NCBI GenBank assembly: GCA_010093995.1
Contig: ML992501.1
Location: 3,058,489-3,122,488 of the forward strand
Source of the DNA: Elsinoe ampelina
Taxonomy: Eukaryota
DNA: 64,000 nt
Direction: 5' to 3'
A program made the position numbers and the translations under genes. This document shows positions 12,639 to 24,529 of this stretch, one piece after another. Under the pieces are notes generated by a model. The model did no database searches, had not been told where the DNA came from, and saw nothing but the letters and a program-made list of their open reading frames with translations. The stretch's first letter is position 1, and each line of letters starts with the position of its first letter.

Positions 12639-13640
12639 CGATTGCTGAACGAGCGATGTCGTCGCTGAAAAGGCTTCGTCGGCCTTGATAACGATTAGAA
12701 GTTACGAGTTTGATATATTCATTCCATGTGCTGAAGTGCGTAAATGCTTGTGCTATGCTGGTGGCAAGTTTGAGACGCGCGTGGTGGCTCGTGGCTCTCC
12801 TGATCTGATCAGCATTTGCAGGTACGTGTCTTCGGCGCGTGCAGCTCACGAGATCGTACCAATGAGACCCCAGCAGTCTTTTATGAATTTTATGACGAGT
12901 TCCCCAAAATCTGTGTGTGTAGGAGGTGGAAGAGCGTGGTGAGGGTCCTGGGAAGATAATCGGACGGCCCAGCAATCCTTGTAGGAAGGTACCGAAAAAG
13001 GAAAACTAGTTCATGCACATTCTCTGCTATGCAACTAGCCGATAGAAGATGAGGTTACTATTCAAGAAAAGCGTGTACGAATTGTGTGAGGAGTTGGGGC
13101 CTTTGAGCCAGGAGGCAGTTTTGAAGGGGGAAAAGCTGGTCTATCCTTTTGCGGGGGACGTGAAATAGCTCGAGCCCCCCACCACACAGTTTCAGCCCTG
13201 CAGATGGTCCATCACATGCCAAAATCAGGGGCGGCACAAATTGATACTGTATCATGGCTGACTGCATGCTCCAAGCATTACCAATCATGCTATTTTGAGC
13301 TTCATGTCTCTCATGCTTGCTGCTCTACTACACGTGACCGTTTGCTGCAAGCAGGACAGCCACACGCTTGCCACCTCGGCCGTCCAAAAATCCTTCCGCC
13401 TGATATAGGATGAGGAGCCCACGCGGCACGAGCGGACATACCCAAGAGTGGCTCGTGGTCGCCCATGCATGCTCAAGCCCCTCAGGGTCGGAGTCATCTG
13501 CATGATGTGCGCCTGCTGCCGCTTGTGGCCGATGATGTACTGGTGATCTTGGGCAGTCTTGCCACCGTTCCCACACACATTCGACTTAGCTTCCTGGCTT
13601 CCCTGGGTACGAGCGGATATCCATTCCGGTAGCAGTGACC

Positions 13641-14424
13641 TCAAAATAGAGCATCTCCGCCTGTTTCTCCATCTACGAAACCCATGGCCTTCATCTTTTT
13701 CAGCTTCGCCTTGTCCTTGGCCCGTTTCTCGTCAAGCTCCTGTCTGTAGACGGCAAATACTTCATCTACGTCGCCCTTTTCGTATGGCTCCGGTACGTAA
13801 TCATCTTTGTCGAGATCCTGGACTCATTAGCAGACCGAGGGGGAAACGTGGCTGGAGATGCTTACGATCTCGCCTAGTAAGAGGACATTTTCTCCTCGTA
13901 TTAAGAATAGGCCCCTTGGTACTTCTGCAAACTTGTGGCCGCCGTATATCCGCTCAATCGTGCTCTCCAGGACAATGTTGCCTAGCTGATCAGCGCCTGA
14001 AAAGCGAAGCTCCATTAATCGACCATACCGAACTGATCCCAACTCCGCAGTACCCCAATGAACTTTTTGCCGTCTCGTAATACCGCGGTAATCTTCTCTA
14101 CAGCACAGTGAGTGTCAGTCCATATTCGACAATGCATCCCGAGGCCCATCAAAGCAGCAATCCCTCGTCACTCTCCCGCCCAACATATCTCTTGATGCGC
14201 AGTGCCGGCACCGAGCACTCTGTTGTGGTCTCCCTCCTTTTCCCGTGATCGGATGGGTTCTCCTTACTGTCTGTGAGATCTAGCAACTGTGCTGCTGTTG
14301 TGAACATCTGCGGGGGCAGCTGGGGGACCGGCGGCGGACCCATCATTTGCTGTGGAGGTCCTTGAGGTAGTGCGCCGGGGCCAAGTGGCCCTTGAGGCCG
14401 GTCGTTCAAAGATAGATTCTCCAT
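13641..14424 (-). CDS. LSM1: Sm-like protein Lsm1 (mRNA decapping activator)
   Basis: QMFTTAAQLLDLTD|KKITAVLRDGKKFIGVLRSWDQF|GNIVLESTIERIY...RGLFLIRGENVLLLGEI|DLDKDD. Introns at 14267-14098, 14028-13982 and 13865-13818. Confidence 0.93.
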
Positions 14425-14936
14425 GACGTCGCAATTCGAGTCTCGAGGAAGGTTCAAGAAGGATTGATTCGGTCGGCGGGCGAATACAGGATCGATGGCC
14501 CGAAATACGCGTAATTGAGCTATGACGAGCTCGATGTTGGCTGGCACTGCTGGCAGTACGGTGGAAGTCAGATGGGAAGCTTTTCGCGGCAACGGAGCAA
14601 TTTGCGGAGCGCGGGCCGGTCATGCTGGAGGCCTCGAAACAGCTGAACGACCGATAGCTACAACACCATTTGTAAGACTCTCTCTGTAGATAGATACGAT
14701 AAACTTCCTCTCAAGATCTTTGTCTGCATTTTCCGTGATCATCCATCTCGACACTAGCCGGCGATCCCACGTTCCGTATCTCTCTACTTGACCGGTCACA
14801 GCCGCACTCCGCTGACCTCACCCTCTCATCGATTTGCATTGGGATCCACGACTGTTATCCTATACTGGAGCTTAATTGACTCTTTATTTTGCCATAAGTT
14901 CACATTAACCTTCTGCCCAACTCAGAATACCTCTCG

Positions 14937-16078
14937 ATGGCGGGAATTGTCAAATTGTGGCGGCAAAAGCGTTCGCCACCGGCCGAGCCGACCACATCCT
15001 TTGCCGGCAAGACCGTGCTAGTCACTGGATCCAACACTGGTCTGGGCTATGAATCTGCTCTCATGTTCCACAAGCTAGGAGCTCATCATATTATCCTCGC
15101 AGTTCGCACCCCTAGCACTGGTGAAGAAGCAGCTCGCAACATCCGCTCGCAGTCCAAAGGCAGCGGTGACATCACCGTCCTCCCACTGGACATGCTCTCA
15201 TACGACAGCATAAAGTCATTTGCCTCGCGTATCTCTTCCGAAGTCCCCGTTCTCGACATCGCTGTCTTGAACGCGGGCGTCACCTCCACTTCTGCTACTT
15301 TCAGCAATTACAACATTGAACGGACCATTCAGGTCAATACCATCTCGACCATTCTTCTGGCCCTGCTCCTCCTACCAAAACTTCGTGAAAGCCACCAGCA
15401 AGGTCGAGATACCCCTGTCCTCGAATTTGTCTCCTCTGGGACCCATGTGGTGATAAATTGGGACGAAGAGCTGCGGAAGTCTACCAGCCCCATCGCCCTT
15501 CTAAATGCCCGTGCCCAGAAATCCAAAGATGGCAAAGGCTCATACAGCTTCAATACCTATTACGCCTCGTCAAAGGTCTTTCTTCAAGCCGCCTATCAAC
15601 ATATCGCAAGGCTGGCGGCGTCCAAGAGCGGAGAGCCTGATGTGATCGTGACCAGTGTGTGCCCTGGCATGACGAAGAGCAATCTGGCACGCGACTTCAA
15701 GCAGTGGTGGATTCTGCCCATCTTATGGCTCTTCTACTACATATTTGCGAGAAGCACGGAAGAAGGTGCGAGGACGTATGTCTCTGGCGCTGCGTTGGGG
15801 GAGAAAGGGAGAGGTGGATTCTGGCAGCATGATAAGCTTCAACCGTGAGTATCCTGCAGATCTCTTTGACATCAATAACTCAGCCTTGCAACGAAAGGGC
15901 ATGGAGTCTTCATGCTCTCCTACTCTGCAGCGTTGCTCTCAGCTGACACGTGTATAGAACGGCACCCCTCCTTAAGGACGCCGAAGGAGACAAGCGAGCA
16001 GAGAACATCTGGCACGAAATCATCGATATTCTGCGCCGAGATGTACCAGAGGTGCTGGAGTTGACAAAAGGCGCTTGA
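14937..16078 (+). CDS. Short-chain dehydrogenase/reductase (retinol dehydrogenase-like)
   Basis: TGSNTGLG Rossmann motif, VLNAG, YxxSK catalytic motif (YASSK), SVCPG. Intron at 15845-15957; TGA at 16076-16078. Confidence 0.9.
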
Positions 16079-17309
16079 TTCGCTTTTGACACAATCAGAC
16101 AGTCCCCTCGAACGCCCCTCGGTCGCTCCCCTTCTTCTCCTCCCCCTCCTGCTTCTCCTAATACTTCTCCTCCTTCTCATCTCCTTTGCCCCAACCCAGT
16201 AACCTAATTCCATGTATCGCGCCTTTACCCTCCCCTACCACAGGCTTCCAGTCCTTCCATCCTTCATCCAGCACGCTCCACCCTCTACAACACCCATCCC
16301 CGCGTCCTCATCGCCTCAGCACCCCCAACCCTTCACCACCACCAGCCCCTTCCATGACATTCAATCCCCCACAACCCATCATCCCTAATGCACCGCCTGC
16401 TTCAGCCTCACACATTTCGTAATCATCACAGATATATCCCTTCTCCATCTCCGCACGCACAGCACCCAACTTCATCTCAAAGAGCACCTGCCAATTCCCC
16501 GATCGTGACCAGCCAGCCGAGCAGTATAACGCCCCATTCAAAACCCACCATCCCCACCTCCAATCACACTTACACTCCCGCGGAGAGCCCCCTTCGATCC
16601 ACTGGAATCAAGACGGGAGTCATGCATTGCCCCTTCCCGGCCATTTCCATTCATCCCTATCGCGACCCAAATGCCCCGATCCCAGCCCCGGTTCATCCCA
16701 CGTCACTCTCACAATCATCCGGTCGACGGGCCCACTCGGCCAATCACGACCGCTCGAGTCAAGCACCGCTCAAGCCTTCTTCGCAGGTACCAAGTGCCGA
16801 GGTGTCAGTTTCCCCCTATCAATGATAGACAGGTACCACAACGGTCATGCATAGGTTCACGCTTGGATGTTCACACGGGTCAATAATATCACGGGACGTT
16901 GAAAGATTCTTGACTGATCACTTGATTCTCGAAAAGACGCCGGGGTCTAGAATACAGGTGCTTTGCTTCGCATGCTTCACTCGCTTGCTTCACTGAAACC
17001 CCCTCCCTTTGCCCTTTCTCCATTACCCAACCGCATCAATCATTGCAACGTGTTGGCTACTACCAAGCTCTTGCACTAATCCCAAAAAGACAGTGTAAGA
17101 GTCAATGGGTTCCTCCCATAAATGATGGCGAGAAGGGTATACCGGGTCCATCATGGCTCAGGTCTTCGTCAATGTTGTATTAAAAGTTACCGCAGGGTAT
17201 TTTTGGTGTCCGTGAAAGCATCGCTGTTGGGGGAATCTTCGCAGGTAAATGAGTGACGGTCGAAGAATGCTTGGCTTTGTACCCAGCATGGGTGGAGCGT
17301 GTGATGCGC

Positions 17310-18293
17310 TTAGAGCATGGCCAGGGCGGCGAAGGCGGCGGCACCGAGCATGGGCGCGGCGGTCACGAAAGCAGCACCACCGGAGGAAGAGCCAGTGGCA
17401 GAGCCAGCAGCGGAGCCAGCAGCGCCAGTCGCGGAGGAAGCGGCAGAGCCGGCACCGCCAGTGGCAGAAGAGGCAGCTGAGCCAGCACCACCGGTTGCGG
17501 AAGAGGCGGCTGAGCCAGCGCCTCCGGTTGCGGAAGAGACACCAGAGCCAACAGCGCCAGTGCCGGAGGAGGCAGCGCTGCCAGCGGCATCAGTGGCGGA
17601 AGCAGCAGCACCAGAGAAGATGGTGGTCTGGCCGGTGACGGTGGAGAAGGTAGAACCGCCGGAGGTGACGAGGCCAACGAGGTCAGAGGTGGTGATGGCG
17701 GAGCTGGAGCCGGAGCCAGTCTCGGAAGCGCTGCCGGAGCCAGAGCCGGACGCACCAGAGCCAGTCGCACCGGCGGCGGCGGAGCCAGCGCTGGAGAGCT
17801 CGGCGGCATTGGTGGGGGTGACGGAAGCAGCTCCGCTCAGAGCAGTGTTGGCGCCAGAAGCAGCTCCACCAAGGGCCTCTGTAATGTTGTTAGTACTGAC
17901 CAAAGCTCATCTTGCTTGGTGCAAACTCACGCTGGCAGTAGGCGGTGCCGTAGGCAATAACAGCGGCGGCGTCCTCAGCAGAAGGGCAGGCCTGGTTGGA
18001 GCAGTCGCGCACACCATTGCCGAAGTCGACATTGTTGCAGTAGCAGCGGACATCACCAGGGCTGCAGCCGAACTGAGACTGGGCGATCTGGAGCATGTTG
18101 CCGACGCAGGTTTGCTGGAAGGTGTCAGTGAGAGGATTCTTCCCGTGTCACTTGGCCCTCGCGCGCCATTTAGGTTGGCGACGACAAGCTAATAGATCAA
18201 TTGACTTACACCGCACTGAGGCAGAGCAGAGAGAGCACCCTGCTGGGCAACGGCGAGCGAAGCGCCAGCAGCGAAGATAATAGCGTACTTCAT
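17310..18293 (-). CDS. CFEM-domain, Ser/Gly/Ala-rich, predicted GPI-anchored cell-surface protein
   Basis: Signal peptide MKYAIIFAAGASLAVAQ; 8-Cys CFEM (PQCG|QTC...GCSPGDVRCYC...VRDCSNQAC...YC); S/G/A/T stalk; hydrophobic C-terminus. Introns at 18209-18115 and 17930-17879. Confidence 0.92.
17395..17585 (-). repeat. Coding 33-nt tandem repeat (GSAASSATGGA-type units) in the CFEM protein stalk
   Basis: About five imperfect copies of GSAASSATG(G/A)A are visible in the translation and the DNA. Confidence 0.8.
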
Positions 18294-20155
18294 TTTGTTG
18301 GTGAGTGAGGTGATGTTGATGAGGTGAGGGTAAAGAGCTGGTATCCTAGGATAGATGTGAAGTATGAGCTACTGTAAAAGTGCTGGAGCTAGTGTCAGGC
18401 GATGCCCTTGCAGGTGGAAAATGCTGAAAGCTTGAGGTGTGTGAGATGAATGACTGGTAACGGTGGAAGAAGGGATGAGGGAAGGTGGTGGGAATTTATG
18501 AGATGGGCGGTAGGCGTGCACGACAGGGCAAAAGCAAGACCTTTCTGCATGGCGCTTTCCCTTCCCGATCAATAAAGCGCCGCGATGCACATGCAGCGCG
18601 ATTGCCCTTCGCTAGAGCTCTCTGGAGGCACAGGAAAATGCTCAAGACACCTGGGAGCAGAGCGAGACACATGGGCGCCCAAGAGGCTCGTGCGGCGACG
18701 ATCTGTGACGCTAATATTTCATACTAACCACACACGGCTAAAGCTGCAAGGAACAAGCACTTGAGCTGTGGCTTTCCCAGCTTTCTTCTCCGCTCCTGTT
18801 CAACCTCTTGCTGCACGTTTCCGTCATCCCGTCCATCTTCTGCCCGCCGCCAGTCAATCTTGCCAGGTACACACCATGTCAAACCTCGCGAGCCGTGTTG
18901 CTTTCGTAGGAAGATCATGAACGCGGTTCGTGTGTTCCGTCAGTGACGGGGCAGAGCAGGATCAGGCGACACTGCCCGAAATCTGTCCGGGCCAGAACGA
19001 CCTATACCACAATTGCAATCTCGAATGCTCGATGTCGGCTAAAGCGATATCAAATTGAGCATGAAGCTTATCACTGGTCGTGTATTTCCCCAGCTAGGAA
19101 AAGTCTGTGGCGGTGCGCAGGAAGGTAATCTCCCTGAGTGCTCGTAGCCACAACCCCAGCCTCAACTTTGTTTCCACTCATTAGGCCGTCCAACCAGTGA
19201 CATGGCAAGGACGACTTGCCTGCCCTCTTTGCAATCTCCATCGAGTCCAGACCGGCTCACGATCCAAACATGACACGTGCAGGTGCAAAACCCGCTTTTC
19301 GCGGTTCATTGGACAACCAGGTTCCCCGTGCAATATCGCTTCCCGTCTTTTCTCTGTGGAGGTTTCTGTATGCGTTGTGTCTTTTGGGTTATCGCAGCGC
19401 TGCGTCATTCCCGCGGAGGCTCTTTTCCGGCACGAACGAACAACGAAAGATCGACAGCGGATTGACCGCCATGGATCAGGTTTTTCGTACCTTTTCCCAA
19501 TGGCTGTCGGTCCTGTTGGTGCGCCGCAGTGATAGCGAACAGTTGCGGATGGATGGCAGCTGATCTGACGTAAGATGGTCGTTATGGCTGTTGCGTGAAC
19601 TGCCAGATCGGATGTCAGATCGCGCGCAGGTCACGTTTACCGGGTCGTCGGTCGATAAATGATGATATGCTTGCATGCTAGAGGGGCAGACTCGCGAGTT
19701 TGCTTTTGGAATGACGCAGATGCTCTGCTAGACTCTCAATAATGGACCCGCACTCACCGACCATATTGTCTCGCAAGGAGGGCATGCAGCGACCCCGGCC
19801 AAGGATGTCAAGCAAACACCACCATTCATGCACTTGCCCCTTTTTCACGTTCCGTAAATCAGCCTGTAGAAATCGAAGATAATCTAGAACATGCCATTTC
19901 TTTTCGTGGTACCAGGTAATTTCTCCGAGCGGCACTTCCGCGACTGGTCGTTTCATCGTGACTTTGTGGCACCGCCACGACCACGCATCATGCTCTCAGC
20001 CCTGCGCTGCCGCTGCAGCTCCATCTCCACATCTCCAACCAGAGGGTCTGTCAACCTCGTTATACTGATGCCTACAGCTCAGTCGTTCTCTCCATGCATC
20101 CGTATCACATGCTCGCACAGCCACATATCACATCGCCTGCTCTTCGCCACCCCTC

Positions 20156-21381
20156 TCAATCAGCTTCCACAACCCCCTCGTCACTCGCGCTCTCATCCTC
20201 ATCACCGCTAACCTCCTGGTTTTCCCTCTCCTTCTGATCCATCAACTTCTGCAACTCGGCGTCATCATTCTCCGTCACCGCCTTGGGCGCCATCTTGACC
20301 GTGCAGTTCCCTCCGGCAGCCTTGATGTTCGCCGCAATGTCCTCAATTGCCTTCTCCAAAACTCGTATGCCCTCGCTCTTATCCAGTGTCTGACACGTTA
20401 ATACGTACAGCGGTGGACTGACCAGCTTGACCTTGACTGAAGTGTCGCTTGTATTCCGCGCCTCGGCTGCCCGCAAAGCCGTCTTGACCGCATCAATACC
20501 TTCATAGCCGAAACAGGTAACCTCCACATCCGCGCGCACCTTGGTCGGCTGAGGTGTGAGACGCTTGCCGATGTAGGAGCTAAGTTCATCCCGAACAACT
20601 TGGCTGGGGAACTCAATCTCGGACCATACGTCCGGGTTTGTAATGGAGAGCTTGAAGGCGTCAATTGAGTGACCGTACTTCTTGTTCAGGGGCCAGCCGA
20701 TGGTGCGGTAGAGGTCTTCGATTGGGACAGAGGTCTTTTCGGCAACGTGGCGCATGATGCTGTGCACCATTTTGGACTTGTTGTAGCGTTCTTCGCATTT
20801 GACGACGTCTTCGGGGGAGACACGGCGTTTGGAGAGATCGATATAGCCTGGATGGGATGTCAGTTGAAGATCCAAAGCACATGTCACTGTGTTTGCTTGT
20901 TGCTTGTATAGTAGTCTCCTAGGTTGAAGATTACCACCTCTTGCATGGCCAGATTCCAGCTCTTCATTGCCTTGTTGTGCGACCCAGGTTTCTGCATGTC
21001 AACATTCTGGGCAGGCCACACAGCCTGATATAGCCTGGAAAAAGAGATATTGACCTACCCTTCTCCTTGTCTACCCTCAGTACAACCACGACCTCATTCC
21101 TCCCCACTCGGATCAACTTCTGAATACTCCTGATACGTCGTCTGGAAAGTTCGCTCAGCAGGATCATGCCGTCGATGTTGTCGTATTCCAATAGCTTGAC
21201 ATAGGCTCCCATCTCGGCGATCTGTCATCTGCTATTAGTCACCGTCTCTCTCAATGATGCGCATTTCATTCGACGTGCGCGGTAGGGTTGGGCTGATGCG
21301 TACCTGCTTCACGTTCACCATGACGAACGAGTCAATCTCTGGGTACTTCTCCTCGTAGAATCGGCAGTTGGTGAGCGACAT
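20156..21381 (-). CDS. SUI2: Translation initiation factor eIF2 alpha subunit
   Basis: [39 protein letters not shown]...[15 protein letters not shown] (Ser51 loop)...[14 protein letters not shown]. Introns at 21303-21222 and 21058-20848. Confidence 0.97.
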
Positions 21382-21680
21382 GATGGGCGATCTAGGACTG
21401 GTGTTCCTGCTGTGTGCTTTTGTGAAGAGTGCTTGCTATTCACAGCAGGGTGGAGGGGTGTTGATGTCGGGCTGGAGTCATCTGGCGTGGGGCACGAAAA
21501 TTCACAATTCCCAACAAGGAAGTTTTACGCGATTCAGGGCGTAGGTACGCCTCACGGCTTCACACGAGCAATGCTGAGTGAATTGTCTATAGACAGCGAT
21601 GCCTGGGATTTTTCAATGTCTATATTGCATGAAGCTTCGGTATTTTACGCCTGGTTATGTATCCTCCTTTTCTATTACCG

Positions 21681-24029
21681 CTACTCGGGTGCTGAGACCC
21701 CTGACAGCGACGGCCGTCCACTTCGGGTACTGTTCGGAGTATCCATGGCTCCCAATACTGCTTCCCCTTCTTCTGGGGTTAGGATCTTATCGAGGATTTC
21801 ATGTGCTGCATCCACAACGACGTCTTCCAATCCTGCCTCTAGGAGTTGACGTTCCGAGAAAGCTATGCGAGACAGACCAATGATGAATTTGTGATCAGCC
21901 GAAGGCACCTGTAGCAGCTTCTCATTTATCACGATCTCGTGATCGTGCAGCATTTGATAGAGTATCCGCACAGCCAGATTGACAGTCGCAATGATTTTAC
22001 TGTGCAGAGTTGGAGAAGAGGGGAACCCTACAGTCGGACCGCTGTCTGAATGCGTGATCGTCGGCATCGGCAGTGGTGGTGTTGTATACAACAGAGTTGT
22101 CTGATCGGCCAGGAAACGAACGAGTCTTCCAAGCACAACGCGATGCTGCGCCATGGCTGTGCTGCCATGTTGAGTTGTGGAGATGGCGCGAAACGTCCTA
22201 AGAACCTCCATCCGCAGATCCTGGACTGCTTCAGGTCTGTTTGCCTGCTGATCTAGCACCTGTGTGGGTACATCTGAGAGCAAATTCGACAGCCGGTCCA
22301 ACAGATCCGACTCCTGCTTCGCTTGGACTTCCGCGTCAACATGTCGAGCGCCAAAAGAGTCGTCAAGTATGGAGCTCATGATCATCTGAAGCATGAGATG
22401 TATTTGTTGCAGTGGCTGGTGCTTGTTGAGCATTAGTACAGTAAAGGCAAACTCCATTCGCTGCCAAAATGCACTGGCCTGCTCAACATTGAACGAAGCA
22501 CTGGTAGCCACGGTGAGCAAAATCGAAAGGATTTCCTTGTCGTCAATCAAAATCGCATTTGGCGCATGCTCCGGAGCAGTGAGTTTCTGCCTCACCAGAG
22601 CACCTGACTTCACTCTGGGTTCTGCAACATCGACGCAGCTCTTGGCCGAAAGAGAGACGAGACGCTCAAAAAGGAGGAATTGGGTCTTGCTTGGCTCGGT
22701 CTCCAGCATAGATGCAAAGAGTTGCAGCAGGACTGGAAGGGGCGCCCAGTACTTTTGCAACAGACATCGATCCCAAAGGTCCAAGCAGATGTTTCTGATT
22801 GCCACCGAGGCCGGCCTCGAATCTTCCATGGGAATGGCCGCAAGCGATTCAAGTAGGAGACCCGCGATGGTGAGATCATCGTTTGGAAATCGATGTTCGG
22901 CAAGGACTTCCACTGTCCTGCGTCCGTCAGGAGCCAAGTGTCTGAGCACTTGCTGTATGGTGTCAATTTGCTCGTCTTTGATCGCCAATTTAGAAAAGGT
23001 TGCAGCTTCAAGTTCAAGATGATCCTCATTAGATTCAGCTCTGGCTGGTGATTCAATCATCATTGGACTGCCGTTTGGCACTGCCGCTGGGCTGCCCACC
23101 GCATTCCTCTTCCGCTTGTTGCCCGCCTTGGGCGTACCAGGTCGATCTTTCTCTAGCCGCTTCGTCGGAGAGATGGCAATGATTTCGTGGTCGTCAAAGC
23201 CGTCAGCAAAGCCATGTTTATTAGTCTTCTTAGGAGTAACAGATCGAGTCATAGGCGCAGCACTTGCTCGAGCTACTCCATTTGTTGCGCCTCGTAGCCG
23301 TTTTGAGCGTTCCCTTTCATCTGCAAGATCATGTTCAAGGAACTTGTTACTAGTCTTGATCTTCTCCTGATCGTTCTTTGCGGTCTGGATTTCGGATCTC
23401 AGCTTGGCTCGCTCATCTGCCTGCTCCTTCCGTAGTACTGCAAGCTTTGCTTCAAAGTCTTTTGTTGTCCGTTCGTTCCTCGACCGAAGATTGGCAATGG
23501 CACCTGCCTTTGTAGTCGCATCGACCTTGGCATCGTCAAGTTCTTTGCTGAGACGTATACGCTCTTGTTCAAGCTCTACTACCCGCGATTGCAGCAAGTC
23601 CAAGTCCGCAGAGTCCTGCTGGGCCTGGATAAGATCTTCGCCACCGGACAGATCGTGGTCGATCTGGAACTTGTGTCGTGATTGCTGACCGGCCGGCGCT
23701 GTGGGCTTTGTACCAACTGCAAACGGCGCATCATGTTGGCCAAATGTCACCGTCGGATCATCAAGGTCGATAACATCCTCGTCGTCGAAGCCATAGTCGG
23801 ACGATGGTGGGTTGGGTACACTATCGACATCGAGCGTATGCGAGTCGATTTGATTTGTGCGCGTATCGTAGCTGTAGTTGCGTGTGGGAACAGCGTGTGC
23901 ATCTGTGTAACCGGCACGCGGTCTTTGCGACAAGGTCACTGCACGTTGTTCAAGCCGCTCCAGGGTGTTGGCGGGGACATCTTCCAGATCATTATCGAAG
24001 AGATCATCCTCGTCATCGATGTCGTCCAT
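21681..24029 (-). CDS. DNA damage checkpoint protein, Rad26/ATRIP (UvsD)-like
   Basis: 782-aa single ORF: acidic N-terminus (SSDYGFDDEDVIDLD), coiled coil ending NKFLEHDL, TPKK and DGFDD motifs, helical C-terminal domain ending AAHEILDKILTPEEGEA. Confidence 0.75.
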   Translation of the reverse strand: MDDIDDEDDLFDNDLEDVPANTLERLEQRAVTLSQRPRAGYTDAHAVPTRNYSYDTRTNQIDSHTLDVDSVPNPPSSDYGFDDEDVIDLDDPTVTFGQHDAPFAVGTKPTAPAGQQSRHKFQIDHDLSGGEDLIQAQQDSADLDLLQSRVVELEQERIRLSKELDDAKVDATTKAGAIANLRSRNERTTKDFEAKLAVLRKEQADERAKLRSEIQTAKNDQEKIKTSNKFLEHDLADERERSKRLRGATNGVARASAAPMTRSVTPKKTNKHGFADGFDDHEIIAISPTKRLEKDRPGTPKAGNKRKRNAVGSPAAVPNGSPMMIESPARAESNEDHLELEAATFSKLAIKDEQIDTIQQVLRHLAPDGRRTVEVLAEHRFPNDDLTIAGLLLESLAAIPMEDSRPASVAIRNICLDLWDRCLLQKYWAPLPVLLQLFASMLETEPSKTQFLLFERLVSLSAKSCVDVAEPRVKSGALVRQKLTAPEHAPNAILIDDKEILSILLTVATSASFNVEQASAFWQRMEFAFTVLMLNKHQPLQQIHLMLQMIMSSILDDSFGARHVDAEVQAKQESDLLDRLSNLLSDVPTQVLDQQANRPEAVQDLRMEVLRTFRAISTTQHGSTAMAQHRVVLGRLVRFLADQTTLLYTTPPLPMPTITHSDSGPTVGFPSSPTLHSKIIATVNLAVRILYQMLHDHEIVINEKLLQVPSADHKFIIGLSRIAFSERQLLEAGLEDVVVDAAHEILDKILTPEEGEAVLGAMDTPNSTRSGRPSLSGVSAPE

Positions 24030-24529
24030 GAAGCCATAGAGCAGTCATACTTGGGCCGTGTTAGGTTGGAATGATCGAACGCGGAGTGCGATGTTTACAG
24101 GTAGGAGGTCATGTCAAGGGTGTTTGAGATGTTGATGCCAAGCCACGTGGGCGGAAGTTCACATGTTTGAGAATTTGGGTTGCAGGTGGAGACTTGGACG
24201 GCATGACGAAAGAGGAAGCCACCTCGACACCTGAGCTCGATCTCCCTCACGAAGCCAACAACCAGCTTTTCCATTTCCTCTGGCTCAATCTCAACACTGC
24301 ACCAGAGTCACTTACTGACTACGGAAACTCCGATCTCACGCAGTACGGCCCCGACAGACAATTTTTCCATGCAAGCAAAAGACCCGGCACATCTCAATTG
24401 CTTATAGCGACCGACCCAACCGGAAACCGACGGACAAAGCTCCATCTTGTCGCCTGACAGACAGTGCGCGTCAGCTCAAGACCACAACTACCGCCTTCTT
24501 CCCGACGTGCTCAATCCACTGTCTACGCA

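Noticed and set aside
2159..16078. Secondary-metabolite cluster (tyrosinase, hydrolase, SDR)
   Set aside because: No PKS, NRPS, terpene synthase or RiPP precursor in the window, and the genes are interleaved with LSM1 and unrelated ORFs.
16095..16890. C-rich block with short ORFs on both strands
   Set aside because: The ORFs are explained by skewed composition; no coherent gene model, though a decayed gene cannot be excluded.
17317..18192. 291-aa plus-strand Ala/Glu/Pro repeat ORF
   Set aside because: Antisense shadow of the spliced CFEM gene, which has a signal peptide, Cys pattern and canonical introns on the minus strand.
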